IMG/VR virus record: IMGVR_UViG_3300042013_000045
Location: 96,001 to 160,000 of that record
Strand: one strand, 5' to 3'
DNA from: a virus
Length of the DNA stretch: 64,000 nucleotides
Part shown: positions 10,205 through 18,835 of the stretch, one piece after another
How positions within the stretch are numbered: position 1 is the first letter of the stretch
Layout: the number at the start of each line of letters is the position of its first letter
Made by a program: the position numbers and the translations under genes
The notes under the pieces: generated by a model
Told to the model about the DNA's origin: nothing
What the model saw: only the letters and a program-made list of their open reading frames with translations
The model's database searches: none

Positions 10205-10948
10205 TTAATTTTTAACCATGTCTCTAACAGTTACCACAGTGGTCAGTCGATCGTTCTTCAGTTTGATCTCTAGCGGGGTCGATGGATCGCCGGCCTTATC
10301 GTTGAGGTCGAACATAAAGTTCTGGATGTCAATCTGCTCACGATGCGACCAATGTTCCCAGTTGCGTTTACCGCACCCTGCTGTGACAGAGATCTTATCC
10401 GCCACGTGGAACTCAGGATCGCCACCCTCCTTAGGAAGAATGATCGTGTGCATCATAAAGAGAGAGCCTTCACCGCCCTGAAACTGTTTGCTGGCTACAC
10501 GCTTTACTCGGGAAGCGATGACCTTGGCCATGGCGACTTTGAAGTCGACACTTTCCTGAGCACTCATGTTGTACGTCATGCAGATGTCTTCGAACAACAT
10601 GACACGTAACTCGTTGTACAACAGTGTCGTGGCCGACGCCCCATCGAGGCCCGGTTTGGGGACTTCCACAAAGTAGAACAACGTGGATTCAATGTACGCC
10701 AAGGTCTTGTCAAAGAGTTCAGTCCACAACGCTGAGTGCTTCGGTGGGCGCTGGCCTTCCGTTGTGGGTTCTTCCGCCAGAGAGGGCTTCTGGCTCAACG
10801 TGGACGGTATGTCTGAGGTACTCGGCACCGAGACCGATCCACTCGGCCATCTCTGGCGTATAAGAGTGATTATCCACATTGCCAAGAATATCGGCCAAGT
10901 GCAAAGCAAGAAGATCGGAGATCTCTGCTTCCAGTTTGTAAACAACAT
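10205..10948 (-). CDS. Hypothetical membrane-anchored protein
   Basis: AAGGTGA RBS, N-terminal TM segment; overlaps upstream ORF by 230 nt. Confidence 0.55.
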   Translation of the reverse strand: MLFTNWKQRSPIFLLCTWPIFLAMWIITLIRQRWPSGSVSVPSTSDIPSTLSQKPSLAEEPTTEGQRPPKHSALWTELFDKTLAYIESTLFYFVEVPKPGLDGASATTLLYNELRVMLFEDICMTYNMSAQESVDFKVAMAKVIASRVKRVASKQFQGGEGSLFMMHTIILPKEGGDPEFHVADKISVTAGCGKRNWEHWSHREQIDIQNFMFDLNDKAGDPSTPLEIKLKNDRLTTVVTVRDMVKN

Positions 10949-11285
10949 ACGTCACCTTTGGCTTATTAATTACAATGATGCATTGTGCTCGTGTTCCTCT
11001 GAATGCCTTTTCGAACTGCGACAGCTCTTTCAGATAGGGATCGTCGAAGGCGAAGGTCTCTTCACTGCACCAGCATATGTGCCAGTAGTGAGAGTCGTCT
11101 CCTTCCTTCAATGCGATGTTCCACTCTGAGTAGTTATAGCGAGTCATACTCAATGTCCCTTCGATGATGTTCACCGGGGACATGTCTAGATAGTCATCAC
11201 GTGTCGCTTGACTATCGTATAGGTAGTGTTCAAGGTCATTAGCGTCGAACCGAGACTGTGGATGGAAAATCAACAGCTTCTTCAT
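10719..11285 (-). CDS. Hypothetical protein
   Basis: Start MKKLLIF; protein-like composition. Confidence 0.6.
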   Translation of the reverse strand: MKKLLIFHPQSRFDANDLEHYLYDSQATRDDYLDMSPVNIIEGTLSMTRYNYSEWNIALKEGDDSHYWHICWCSEETFAFDDPYLKELSQFEKAFRGTRAQCIIVINKPKVTYVVYKLEAEISDLLALHLADILGNVDNHSYTPEMAEWIGLGAEYLRHTVHVEPEALSGGRTHNGRPAPTEALSVVD

Positions 11286-11348
11286 CGTAGTGGCTCTTAG
11301 TCTATTACAGGATTTGAGACAACATTCTAATTTAACGCAGGGATTACC

Positions 11349-11816
11349 ATGAAGAAGCTCTACCATGGATCAGGCTACAGTCAAGACGAGTTAATGCCGG
11401 GCATCAAACACTCGGGCAAGTTGGTGCAGTGGGACGGGACTGAATCCAACGAATGGCTGTACGCTGCTTCGTCTATGGAAGAGGCTGTCTCACAGGGGTT
11501 CGCTTCCACACTGGAGAAGCACTTCAACGTCTCGCGCTTCAAGTCTGACGGTAACAAGATCACCATCGAGATCGATAAGGGTCGTGTGCCCACTACGAAC
11601 GAGATGAAGGCTCTTGACGTCTGGCTGTATACCATTGACCATACTGACTGCTGGCGTCTCGTGCTCAACGCTACGAACGGTATCAAGGATGAGTACAAGA
11701 CTCAGGAGACCATCAAGGATTCGATCGTCAGTAAAGAGAAGGTCGACATCGCCAAGTGGTTCTCGGGTAAGCAGGTCAAAGTGGTCAGCGTGTCTAATCG
11801 CTCGTACGACTGGTAA
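11349..11816 (+). CDS. Hypothetical protein, possible ADP-ribosyltransferase fold
   Basis: N-terminal LYHGS and downstream WLYAA resemble the H and Y strands of Arr/PARP-like ART folds. Confidence 0.4.
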   Translation: MKKLYHGSGYSQDELMPGIKHSGKLVQWDGTESNEWLYAASSMEEAVSQGFASTLEKHFNVSRFKSDGNKITIEIDKGRVPTTNEMKALDVWLYTIDHTDCWRLVLNATNGIKDEYKTQETIKDSIVSKEKVDIAKWFSGKQVKVVSVSNRSYDW

Positions 11817-11877
11817 ACAAAGAAAAAAAGGAAGGCAGAGATAGGGCGCCGTGAGGCGCCCTATCTATTCCGTCTCC

Positions 11878-12270
11878 TTAACGGTTCAGTACGAACGGCT
11901 TCAGATCACCGAGTGGAATGTACTCAGGGAGCAAGCCGGGGAAACGAGCCTCGATCGACCCATCCTCGTAAACCATGAAGCTGTGGATGGTACGCACAGC
12001 GCCGTAAGGCGTACGCACCAGTTGACCGACCTGTGGAATCCACTGGCCGTTCAGTTCCACCGACACCACAGGCTTGTCCGACCCTTTACCTTTGTCAGCT
12101 TCAACTTCACCGACGAGGGTACGTTCCAGGCGAGCGATGATTTCGCTGTTCATGGAACGATGGTGGGTACGGGCCACTTCCGCGATACGTTCACGCATGC
12201 CATCCGGCAGACGTACTACGAACTTATCAGCGGTACGGGACGAGTAGATTGCTTGTTTCAATGGTTTCAT
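11878..12270 (-). CDS. amrZ: Arc-family DNA-binding protein, AmrZ (AlgZ) homologue with a different C-terminus
   Basis: [49 protein letters not shown] closely matches the recalled Pseudomonas AmrZ N-terminal RHH domain. Confidence 0.85.
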   Translation of the reverse strand: MKPLKQAIYSSRTADKFVVRLPDGMRERIAEVARTHHRSMNSEIIARLERTLVGEVEADKGKGSDKPVVSVELNGQWIPQVGQLVRTPYGAVRTIHSFMVYEDGSIEARFPGLLPEYIPLGDLKPFVLNR

Positions 12271-12338
12271 GTTAAGGCTCATTTCCAAGTGCGGCGAGAT
12301 TGCCGCGAGGTTAGATAAAGTGTTTTGTTGCGGTGTTA

Positions 12339-13205
12339 TCAGTACCGTCCGTTAAGGAAGGCCTTGGCTTCGAGGACTCCTACCTCGGTGGCTTCATTGA
12401 AGCGTTTGGTTTGGGTTACGGTACGGAATGTACCAGCCTCACGATCAGTGAGGTACAGCGCGTTCATGCTATTTTTGGTAACATGTACGATGCCGTATAC
12501 TTCGGTGCCCATTTCGCGGATCGGATGGTAGCCTTTGCTGTACTTGTCCTTGAGAGACAACAGGTGAGCATCATCCAGTTGATCCAGGATGTGGGACTTC
12601 TGTGCAATACGTGCAAAGAAGTTATCCCAGAAGCGCAGGTCAGCTTTCTCGAACTCTTGGACCTCCAACTCTAACGGAGCTTCCAGTTGATCGGTGTAGG
12701 TGAGATCACCCAGACACTCACGAGCAGCCTCACTTAATAGAGCAGCGCGGGGACCGCTTACTACGATCTCAGCCGCTACCGGTGTTTCATCAACAGGATG
12801 GTCGTCAGGGATCACCTGGACATCCACACCTTTGACGATTTCCAGCTCAACGTCGTGGTGACGAGAGTGAAGGATAGCGTCGCTGATCGCTTGTGGATCA
12901 TCAGCAGGAACCTTCAACACCGCACGATGATGAACATCGATGGTGGTGACGCCCTTGAGCTGGCCGCGCTTCTGAGCCATCTCAGCGATGTTCAGGCTAG
13001 GCGGCAGTACCACTTCGATCGGTTCCATTGGAGGAACTTCTTCCAGATGCACAACACCGTAGCGTTCCATGATGTTGGTACGCAACTGACCCTTGAGCGT
13101 TTCGACTGGGTCGATCGGAGCCGGTTCAACACCAGCAACCACAGTCCCCTTCACGCCACAGAAGCGACGTTTGATAGCAACAGCACCAGCGAGTAATGCG
13201 AACAT
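12339..13205 (-). CDS. Hypothetical protein
   Basis: AGGAG RBS before MFALLAG; downstream of early-type promoter. Confidence 0.65.
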   Translation of the reverse strand: MFALLAGAVAIKRRFCGVKGTVVAGVEPAPIDPVETLKGQLRTNIMERYGVVHLEEVPPMEPIEVVLPPSLNIAEMAQKRGQLKGVTTIDVHHRAVLKVPADDPQAISDAILHSRHHDVELEIVKGVDVQVIPDDHPVDETPVAAEIVVSGPRAALLSEAARECLGDLTYTDQLEAPLELEVQEFEKADLRFWDNFFARIAQKSHILDQLDDAHLLSLKDKYSKGYHPIREMGTEVYGIVHVTKNSMNALYLTDREAGTFRTVTQTKRFNEATEVGVLEAKAFLNGRY

Positions 13206-13235
13206 AATGAATCTCCTGAAGATAAGGTTAAGAGC

Positions 13236-13295
13236 AGAAAGATTAGTCTCTCTATTCAACTGTACAATGTATGGCTGAAAATAATTGGAATCGAA
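13236..13295 (-). promoter_or_regulatory. Early-type promoter with leader hairpin
   Basis: TACATTGT at 13264-13271; 23 nt identical to 52302-52324. Confidence 0.65.
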
Positions 13296-13299
13296 CATA

Positions 13300-13337
13300 C
13301 GGCATAGAGGGAGAGCCATCAGGCTCTCCCTCTATGC
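13300..13337 (-). terminator. Hairpin + TATGCCG terminator
   Basis: GCATAGAGGGAGAGCC-atca-GGCTCTCCCTCTATGC. Confidence 0.8.
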
Positions 13338-13637
13338 TCACATGGTTGGACACCGTGACTTGGCTACAGCCAGAAACTCAGCGTGGATGTCAAACAGTTG
13401 ATCCATGGTGGTAGCGGTTTGTACAGCATCGATGAAGTGACCAGACGAAGCCATGATGTGCGATAGGAGCACACGTACGGCGTCAAACTCATCACCTACT
13501 AGCTTTTCCACGGGAGCGGTCTTCCACGTCTCCATGAGGACCCTGAGGGCGTTAGCGTTGCGATACACCTCTAACCACTTACCAGAGTTGCCACGGTCGA
13601 TGTTGATGCTACTGGTTACTTGAACGACTGGAGTCAT
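13338..13637 (-). CDS. Hypothetical protein
   Basis: ATGA overlap with upstream DUF1353 gene. Confidence 0.6.
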   Translation of the reverse strand: MTPVVQVTSSINIDRGNSGKWLEVYRNANALRVLMETWKTAPVEKLVGDEFDAVRVLLSHIMASSGHFIDAVQTATTMDQLFDIHAEFLAVAKSRCPTM

Positions 13638-14041
13638 GTGCGTTTGCCTTTCCAGCGTTTGCCCCCGAAGAGACGCACGCCGCCGTAGAAGATAGCGCTA
13701 CGCCAGAGGGCTACCCCCTCGTTACGCAATGCTCGGAAATAGATAGCGTCAGCGTCAGCCCGGTAAATGGTTGCACCGGAATCAGGAAGGCCGCCACCGT
13801 AGAGATAATCGTGGATGGTTGCTGCTTTATCCCCATACCCTGCCAACAGAGCGTAGATGATAAAGAAGCCAATGTCTCGCAAGGTTTTGATCGAGGCAAA
13901 GTCGGTGAAGCTGTTAGCAGGTGCGGTGATCACACCATAAACAGCATCGACACAGCTGAACGGTGCCAGCAGCATCTTCTTACGTTTGCCTACGTGACGG
14001 GTGTCTAAGTTGCCAAAGACAGATGTATCGGTGTCAGCCAT
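13634..14041 (-). CDS. DUF1353 family protein
   Basis: FTDFASI, AATIHDYLY, ADAIYF, GVRLFG motifs. Confidence 0.8.
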   Translation of the reverse strand: MADTDTSVFGNLDTRHVGKRKKMLLAPFSCVDAVYGVITAPANSFTDFASIKTLRDIGFFIIYALLAGYGDKAATIHDYLYGGGLPDSGATIYRADADAIYFRALRNEGVALWRSAIFYGGVRLFGGKRWKGKRT

Positions 14042-14088
14042 GACAGGTTCCCTAAGAACACAAAAAATAAAGGTACTTCATATCATCA

Positions 14089-14886
14089 CGGCATAAGAAA
14101 GGAATGGCCCCCACTCATCTAAGACTCTCGATGTATCCCCTAGCCCTTGGGCTGGTTCAATCATGGAGTCGGTAGTGAGAGGAGGCACATTGATACAGCT
14201 CGCATTGCCTAAGGAGGGATGCGATGAGGGACGTCTATCCCTTATAAGGCGGAACTTAATCCGTTTTGGCTGTTGTCGGTTCGGCCATGGGCTTACAGGG
14301 TCTGGAACCCTGGGCTTGGGGCCGTAGTACTCGTCATGCGGCGTGGTAATGTGAACAGTACAACCTGCTGAACGGCGGCCTGTTCGGGCGACTCGAAGGT
14401 TTTACCCGGACGATGTCGAACGAACTTGGCGGCAACCGGGACTGTGTAAAGCGACGCATCGCTATTCACTCCCGTGGGTGCAAGTTGAACATGGCAGGCT
14501 TCGGGTTGTTTATACCCGATAGCACCGGCATTACTGAAGCACATTACTAATCCGCAGACAATTGCGGCGAAGCTCAGTTCAAGGTCCTTAGAGGGATACG
14601 TTTTCCCTCGGAGTAGGAGTTCATATTTTGCAATCACGTATCAGGCGCCCCCAGACGACCACCTTATGGTCGCGGGGATGCCGTCGCACGGACAGCGTGG
14701 TAGGGTTTCGCGGTATCATCGGCACGGCGTGGATGCGTATCCAATCAGCGCGGAGCGACGCAAGAACTTGCGCCCTCCAAGTGCTGTAGGAAGCCCTAAG
14801 CGTCCTAAACACATCACGCAATGCCGAGAACAGAGACGGCATTCAGAACATCCTTTTACAAACTACCGGCAATCTTTTCATCATAG
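14089..14886 (-). ncRNA. Candidate large structured ncRNA (~800 nt)
   Basis: No convincing ORF in a coding-dense genome; many short hairpins; bounded by TATG (14882-14885) and TTTCTTATGCCG. Confidence 0.55.
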
Positions 14887-14908
14887 CACATTGATATCAT
14901 GGAATTAT

Positions 14909-15457
14909 TTACCGGCGTTCGAAGTCCAGTTGGTAAATGTGACTGAGGAAGTCGTGACCGTGTTCGAGGAGTACTTCGCTTACATTCTCGTTGGACGACA
15001 TCTTCTTCATCTTTACAATGCGCCCGTTCTGCACAGTAAGTCTGACATAATAGCCAAACTCTTGCAGGTTAGTGTTCAGGTCGATGGTGTGAGGGCCATG
15101 TACTTTCCAATTCGCGCCCTCGAACAAGTTGATACCCACACGAGAGACCGTCTCAACCTCAACCGTGGGCACAACTTCAGCCGATAGATGAGACGCTAGT
15201 ATCACCGCAGCGTACATCTTCGCGTGGATAGCTGCCTGACCACCAGTGAGGGACATCAGTTCCTCGAGTTCGGCGACTTCGCGCTCCATCTCCAGTTTAC
15301 GGAACTCTTCGAGAAGCTCCTCCAGTGGTCTCCAGTGCGTGGTTGTCCAGATACCGTACACTTCACCCTCATCGTCGGTGATGAGCTTTACAGGACGTAG
15401 GTTATTGATCACTGGTGGGCTCCCCTTTAGGTCGGACAGGTGTAGTTGTGCAATCAC
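14909..15457 (-). CDS. Hypothetical protein, paralogue of 15402-15962
   Basis: Shared G-I-W...E-L/M-x-E-E and NW-V-G motifs. Confidence 0.6.
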   Translation of the reverse strand: MIAQLHLSDLKGSPPVINNLRPVKLITDDEGEVYGIWTTTHWRPLEELLEEFRKLEMEREVAELEELMSLTGGQAAIHAKMYAAVILASHLSAEVVPTVEVETVSRVGINLFEGANWKVHGPHTIDLNTNLQEFGYYVRLTVQNGRIVKMKKMSSNENVSEVLLEHGHDFLSHIYQLDFERR

Positions 15458-15962
15458 GTCCTTCGAACAGTTGGTGCATGTCGGTACCGTAAGGAATGAT
15501 GACCTCTTCGGTCTGTACCCACGCCTGACCGTTCCACTTGGACAACCCTACTACCAGTTCACCGTCAAGATGGACTGAGTATCGAGTATCGAGTTCAGGA
15601 TCTCTGTCATTAAGGATCTCGAACTCGACCGACATTGTACCGGTCACGCCCCAGTTAGGGTTAGACAGCGGTTCGAAGACTGTCTTACCGATGATCTCAA
15701 CCACGTGAAGACCGTTCATGGCTTTCGTGTTGACAACCAAATGGCGAAGACGACGACTGACTTCCATCATCTTCGCGAAATCTGTATCAGTGCCCATGTA
15801 CGCACGGATCTTCGCCAGTTCTTCTGCATGACCAAAGGTTTCCAGTTCCTCAAACATCTGTTCGATGCCTTTCAGTTGGTTCTGATACCAGATGCCGGTC
15901 ACCCCGTTCTCGGGATCGTACTTCAATGTGACAGGGTATTCGCTGTGATAATCATACTGCAT
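15402..15962 (-). CDS. Hypothetical protein, paralogue of 14909-15457
   Basis: GGAG RBS; shared motifs with neighbour. Confidence 0.65.
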   Translation of the reverse strand: MQYDYHSEYPVTLKYDPENGVTGIWYQNQLKGIEQMFEELETFGHAEELAKIRAYMGTDTDFAKMMEVSRRLRHLVVNTKAMNGLHVVEIIGKTVFEPLSNPNWGVTGTMSVEFEILNDRDPELDTRYSVHLDGELVVGLSKWNGQAWVQTEEVIIPYGTDMHQLFEGRDCTTTPVRPKGEPTSDQ

Positions 15963-16019
15963 CGGTCTTCTCCGGCGGATTATTTACGAGTTTTACGACG
16001 GCTGACTCTTCAGGGTTCC

Positions 16020-16607
16020 TTAAACACAGCCATGGGTGCGGGCACCGGAATCTTCTTTAGGTTTTGCTATAGAAGCCGTAGGGATGTCCACTGGATACTT
16101 CTTGGCGTGAATCTCCTTGACAGTCTTGATGAGTTCCTCGACGTTGTACCATTTGTATTGTTCAGCCTGGCGGATGTCAGAACGTACCATGAGGTCTTGG
16201 ATCTCTTCACGGGTCTCGCCGATCAGCATTGCGGCTTGGCCCTTCTCAGACTGTGACTCACTGCCAGAGTACGCCCAAGAGACACCTTCACCCATTGGCA
16301 TGGCACGGCAGTACTTCTCGTCATCGTCGCCATTGAGACCATTGGTCAAAGTGAACTCCATGTGGAACAGTTCCCCTTCCAATGTCAACAACAACACCTT
16401 AGGGAAGGATTGGGTCCCGTCGACACCGGCTTTCTTACCGTCCATCCACGGTTTGAGGTTAGTGGCAGCTTGGTTGAGCCAGATCATCAATCCCTTGGAG
16501 CAGACCCACCATTCCAGCGGCATAAAGACTTGGGTCATGCCAAAGGTGATGATATTGGTGTTGAAGAATAAGTGACCGTCTTTGTAGATAATAGTCTGGG
16601 CACTCAT
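16020..16607 (-). CDS. Divergent HslV-like paralogue (probably inactive)
   Basis: QTIIYKDGHL mirrors TTIVYKDGVL of neighbour but lacks the N-terminal Thr. Confidence 0.45.
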   Translation of the reverse strand: MSAQTIIYKDGHLFFNTNIITFGMTQVFMPLEWWVCSKGLMIWLNQAATNLKPWMDGKKAGVDGTQSFPKVLLLTLEGELFHMEFTLTNGLNGDDDEKYCRAMPMGEGVSWAYSGSESQSEKGQAAMLIGETREEIQDLMVRSDIRQAEQYKWYNVEELIKTVKEIHAKKYPVDIPTASIAKPKEDSGARTHGCV

Positions 16608-17134
16608 GCTTTAATCTCCTTTGGGAACGCCTTCAGTTGCGTGTGCTTGATGGAAAGGACTTTGCTTGGGTAAGTGTAGTAGTCGAGCTTAATACCCCAC
16701 TCAACGGCTTCTATGGCCGTCTTACCGGCCAAGCAGGCAACCATCGCCGGATCACGGCCCGTACCGATAGTGCTGAACTCATCGCCGATGAGACGAGAGA
16801 AGTGCTGAGTATTGTCTCGACGAACGCCACGACTGTAAGCACAGTCTTTGGTGATGATGATCCAGTCACGACCATCTAAGACATCCGTGATCTCTTTAGG
16901 GATCACGGTCGTAGGAGCGAATCCGTCGCGATGGGCCATGAAAAAAGCAAGCAGCTTGATTTCAAAGTCCTTGATCCAATCGGGGTCAATGATCGCTCCA
17001 GAGATACCGTACGCAAAATGTTTACACGCACTGATACGAATCTTGGGGTAGGTACTGATGTAAGCCACCGACGTACCGGTCACAGCGGATGAATCAGAGG
17101 CGAGAACGCCGTCTTTATAAACGATCGTAGTCAT
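16604..17134 (-). CDS. HslV-like Ntn-hydrolase / proteasome-beta family peptidase
   Basis: MTTIV..G..ASDS N-terminus, conserved K, IGTG motif, A.EAV...D. Confidence 0.75.
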   Translation of the reverse strand: MTTIVYKDGVLASDSSAVTGTSVAYISTYPKIRISACKHFAYGISGAIIDPDWIKDFEIKLLAFFMAHRDGFAPTTVIPKEITDVLDGRDWIIITKDCAYSRGVRRDNTQHFSRLIGDEFSTIGTGRDPAMVACLAGKTAIEAVEWGIKLDYYTYPSKVLSIKHTQLKAFPKEIKA

Positions 17135-17153
17135 GAGAGTTCCCTAGGGTTGA

Positions 17154-17186
17154 CGGCATATAGCGCAGCACTAGTGCTGCGCTATA
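17154..17186 (-). terminator. Hairpin + TATGCCG terminator
   Basis: TATAGCGCAGCAC-ta-GTGCTGCGCTATA. Confidence 0.75.
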
Positions 17187-17204
17187 CTCAGGCCGGACAG
17201 TAGA

Positions 17205-17537
17205 TCAGTAGTTCGCTTTACCGTGTGGAGCTTCGGTAGCTTTGTTCGGAGAACGAGTCGATGCCACGGCCTGCTGACGCTGAGGAGCGGCCGGGATCAC
17301 GACTTCGGTGATGGTGCCGTCGGCAGTGAACAGGATGGTGGAACCGGCTTTGACCGCAACTTCGCCTTCGAACTTCAGGCGAGCCGATACGTCGTTGCCC
17401 AGTTGCAGGTGGAGCCCGTTGTCGTTGATGTCGATCACGGTTGCGCTGTAATGCGTTACGCCTTCGATTTCAACGCGGTTCAGAGCGTCGGACAGGGTGT
17501 CGATGTACGGCTGGATCAGGGCGAGGTTCAGTTTCAT
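17205..17537 (-). CDS. Hypothetical protein
   Basis: Biased codon usage (C/G-ending), operon context. Confidence 0.65.
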   Translation of the reverse strand: MKLNLALIQPYIDTLSDALNRVEIEGVTHYSATVIDINDNGLHLQLGNDVSARLKFEGEVAVKAGSTILFTADGTITEVVIPAAPQRQQAVASTRSPNKATEAPHGKANY

Positions 17538-17539
17538 GA

Positions 17540-17725
17540 TTAAAATACCTGTTTGCGGATTGGGGTTGAGGGTTTCATTGAATCTACTGCAATTACATCA
17601 CGTACAATGCAAGTGTTCACCACACCATTGCAGACGCCAGCTTCGTTAAACTGCCACGTACTGGTAAGTTTAACACCAGTCGTGCGGGCAACCATGATGG
17701 ACTGGATACCACGAGAAGCTTTCAT
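17540..17725 (-). CDS. Hypothetical protein
   Basis: ATGA overlap with upstream ORF. Confidence 0.5.
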   Translation of the reverse strand: MKASRGIQSIMVARTTGVKLTSTWQFNEAGVCNGVVNTCIVRDVIAVDSMKPSTPIRKQVF

Positions 17726-17949
17726 TTAGGTTCTTCGCTGCATGTACCCAAGATGGTCGGGTACTTTGGGTTGAAGGGGTAAGACACGACCCACTTGTCG
17801 TCGTGTTGCTTGACGATCAGCTTCTTCGGATCGATGGGTGGAGCGCCCAGAGCTGCATCGTTGTCGTCGTACCAGCGACAGAGGGCGACTTTCGTGTCCT
17901 CGTCGATTGCCACTGGATGACTAGGGTTAAGCTTGGACTTGAATTGCAT
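17722..17949 (-). CDS. Hypothetical protein
   Basis: Operon packing. Confidence 0.55.
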   Translation of the reverse strand: MQFKSKLNPSHPVAIDEDTKVALCRWYDDNDAALGAPPIDPKKLIVKQHDDKWVVSYPFNPKYPTILGTCSEEPK

Positions 17950-17951
17950 GA

Positions 17952-18224
17952 TTAGCCACCTGTAGCTGCGCGGTCGTAGTAACGTTGGAGTTTCTCATAC
18001 AATTTCTGCTTGCGCTTGGTGATGCGCGTGCTGATGCCCAGTGGCGAGGTGTGCTGAGAATTCCAGAATACTTCCCGCAGGTTGGTATGATCATTCAAGA
18101 TGCACACCATGTAGCTGTCGCACAGACGGCGGTGCGGAGCACGGTGCATCTTTTCATGCTTCTGACGATCGAGACCTTCTGTCCCAACGTACTGGAAATG
18201 TTTCTTACCAAGACGACGACACAT
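17952..18224 (-). CDS. Small basic hypothetical protein
   Basis: AAGGAG RBS. Confidence 0.55.
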   Translation of the reverse strand: MCRRLGKKHFQYVGTEGLDRQKHEKMHRAPHRRLCDSYMVCILNDHTNLREVFWNSQHTSPLGISTRITKRKQKLYEKLQRYYDRAATGG

Positions 18225-18233
18225 GGCCGCTCC

Positions 18234-18479
18234 TTATTTGACAGGGGTACATTCCAACTTGACGCCAGTGATGTTGTTCGCCAGTCGTTCACCTTGCCGA
18301 GACTGCCAGAGGTCTGGGTAGCTCGTTTTGGTGTACTCTTCATTACGGGCATACGTCAATGCCACCGCAGCACGCAGCGAATGGCAATCGTCCATCGACT
18401 CCGTAGGGGTGATGTCAACACTGAAGCCGTGAACCCCAGCGGTGACGGTGAGAACCAATGCTGCGCCGACGGATGACAT
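18234..18479 (-). CDS. Hypothetical secreted/membrane protein
   Basis: AAGGAG RBS, hydrophobic N-terminus, Cys pair. Confidence 0.55.
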   Translation of the reverse strand: MSSVGAALVLTVTAGVHGFSVDITPTESMDDCHSLRAAVALTYARNEEYTKTSYPDLWQSRQGERLANNITGVKLECTPVK

Positions 18480-18488
18480 GACTGCTCC

Positions 18489-18782
18489 TTAATTAGTACG
18501 GATGGTTGTAGCTTTCGCAATGAGGCCCGAACACACCACGCCAGAGATCTGGTACCCATCACGGTTCTTGCCCGTGAACCCCTGACTGATCGAATCGCTA
18601 CCACACGCCCACGGCTTGTAACCGGTTAAAGTCACCTCCGTGTAACCTGCCTCTTTCAAGACACGCTTGGTGTTAGGTGGTGATTTGACATTCTCGTGCA
18701 TGATGGATAAAGCACCACCGCCGAGTATCACCAGATAAATCAACCACATATACGGGGATGATGAACGAGTCTTTCTGTACAT
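18489..18782 (-). CDS. Hypothetical membrane protein
   Basis: TM helix; L...GYT.V...G....C...D...GF...GVVCSG pattern common in phage proteins. Confidence 0.65.
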   Translation of the reverse strand: MYRKTRSSSPYMWLIYLVILGGGALSIMHENVKSPPNTKRVLKEAGYTEVTLTGYKPWACGSDSISQGFTGKNRDGYQISGVVCSGLIAKATTIRTN

Positions 18783-18835
18783 GTAACGCTCCGAATAGAA
18801 AGAGGGTGGTCACCCACCCTCTCCATTGCTACGGG

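Noticed and set aside
14293-14842. ORFs of 114 aa and 73 aa
   Set aside because: Weak or absent RBS, atypical composition and dense RNA hairpins; probably incidental
14089-14886. RNase P RNA or group I/II intron
   Set aside because: No GAGGAAAGUCC-type signature seen and no interrupted host gene on the flanks
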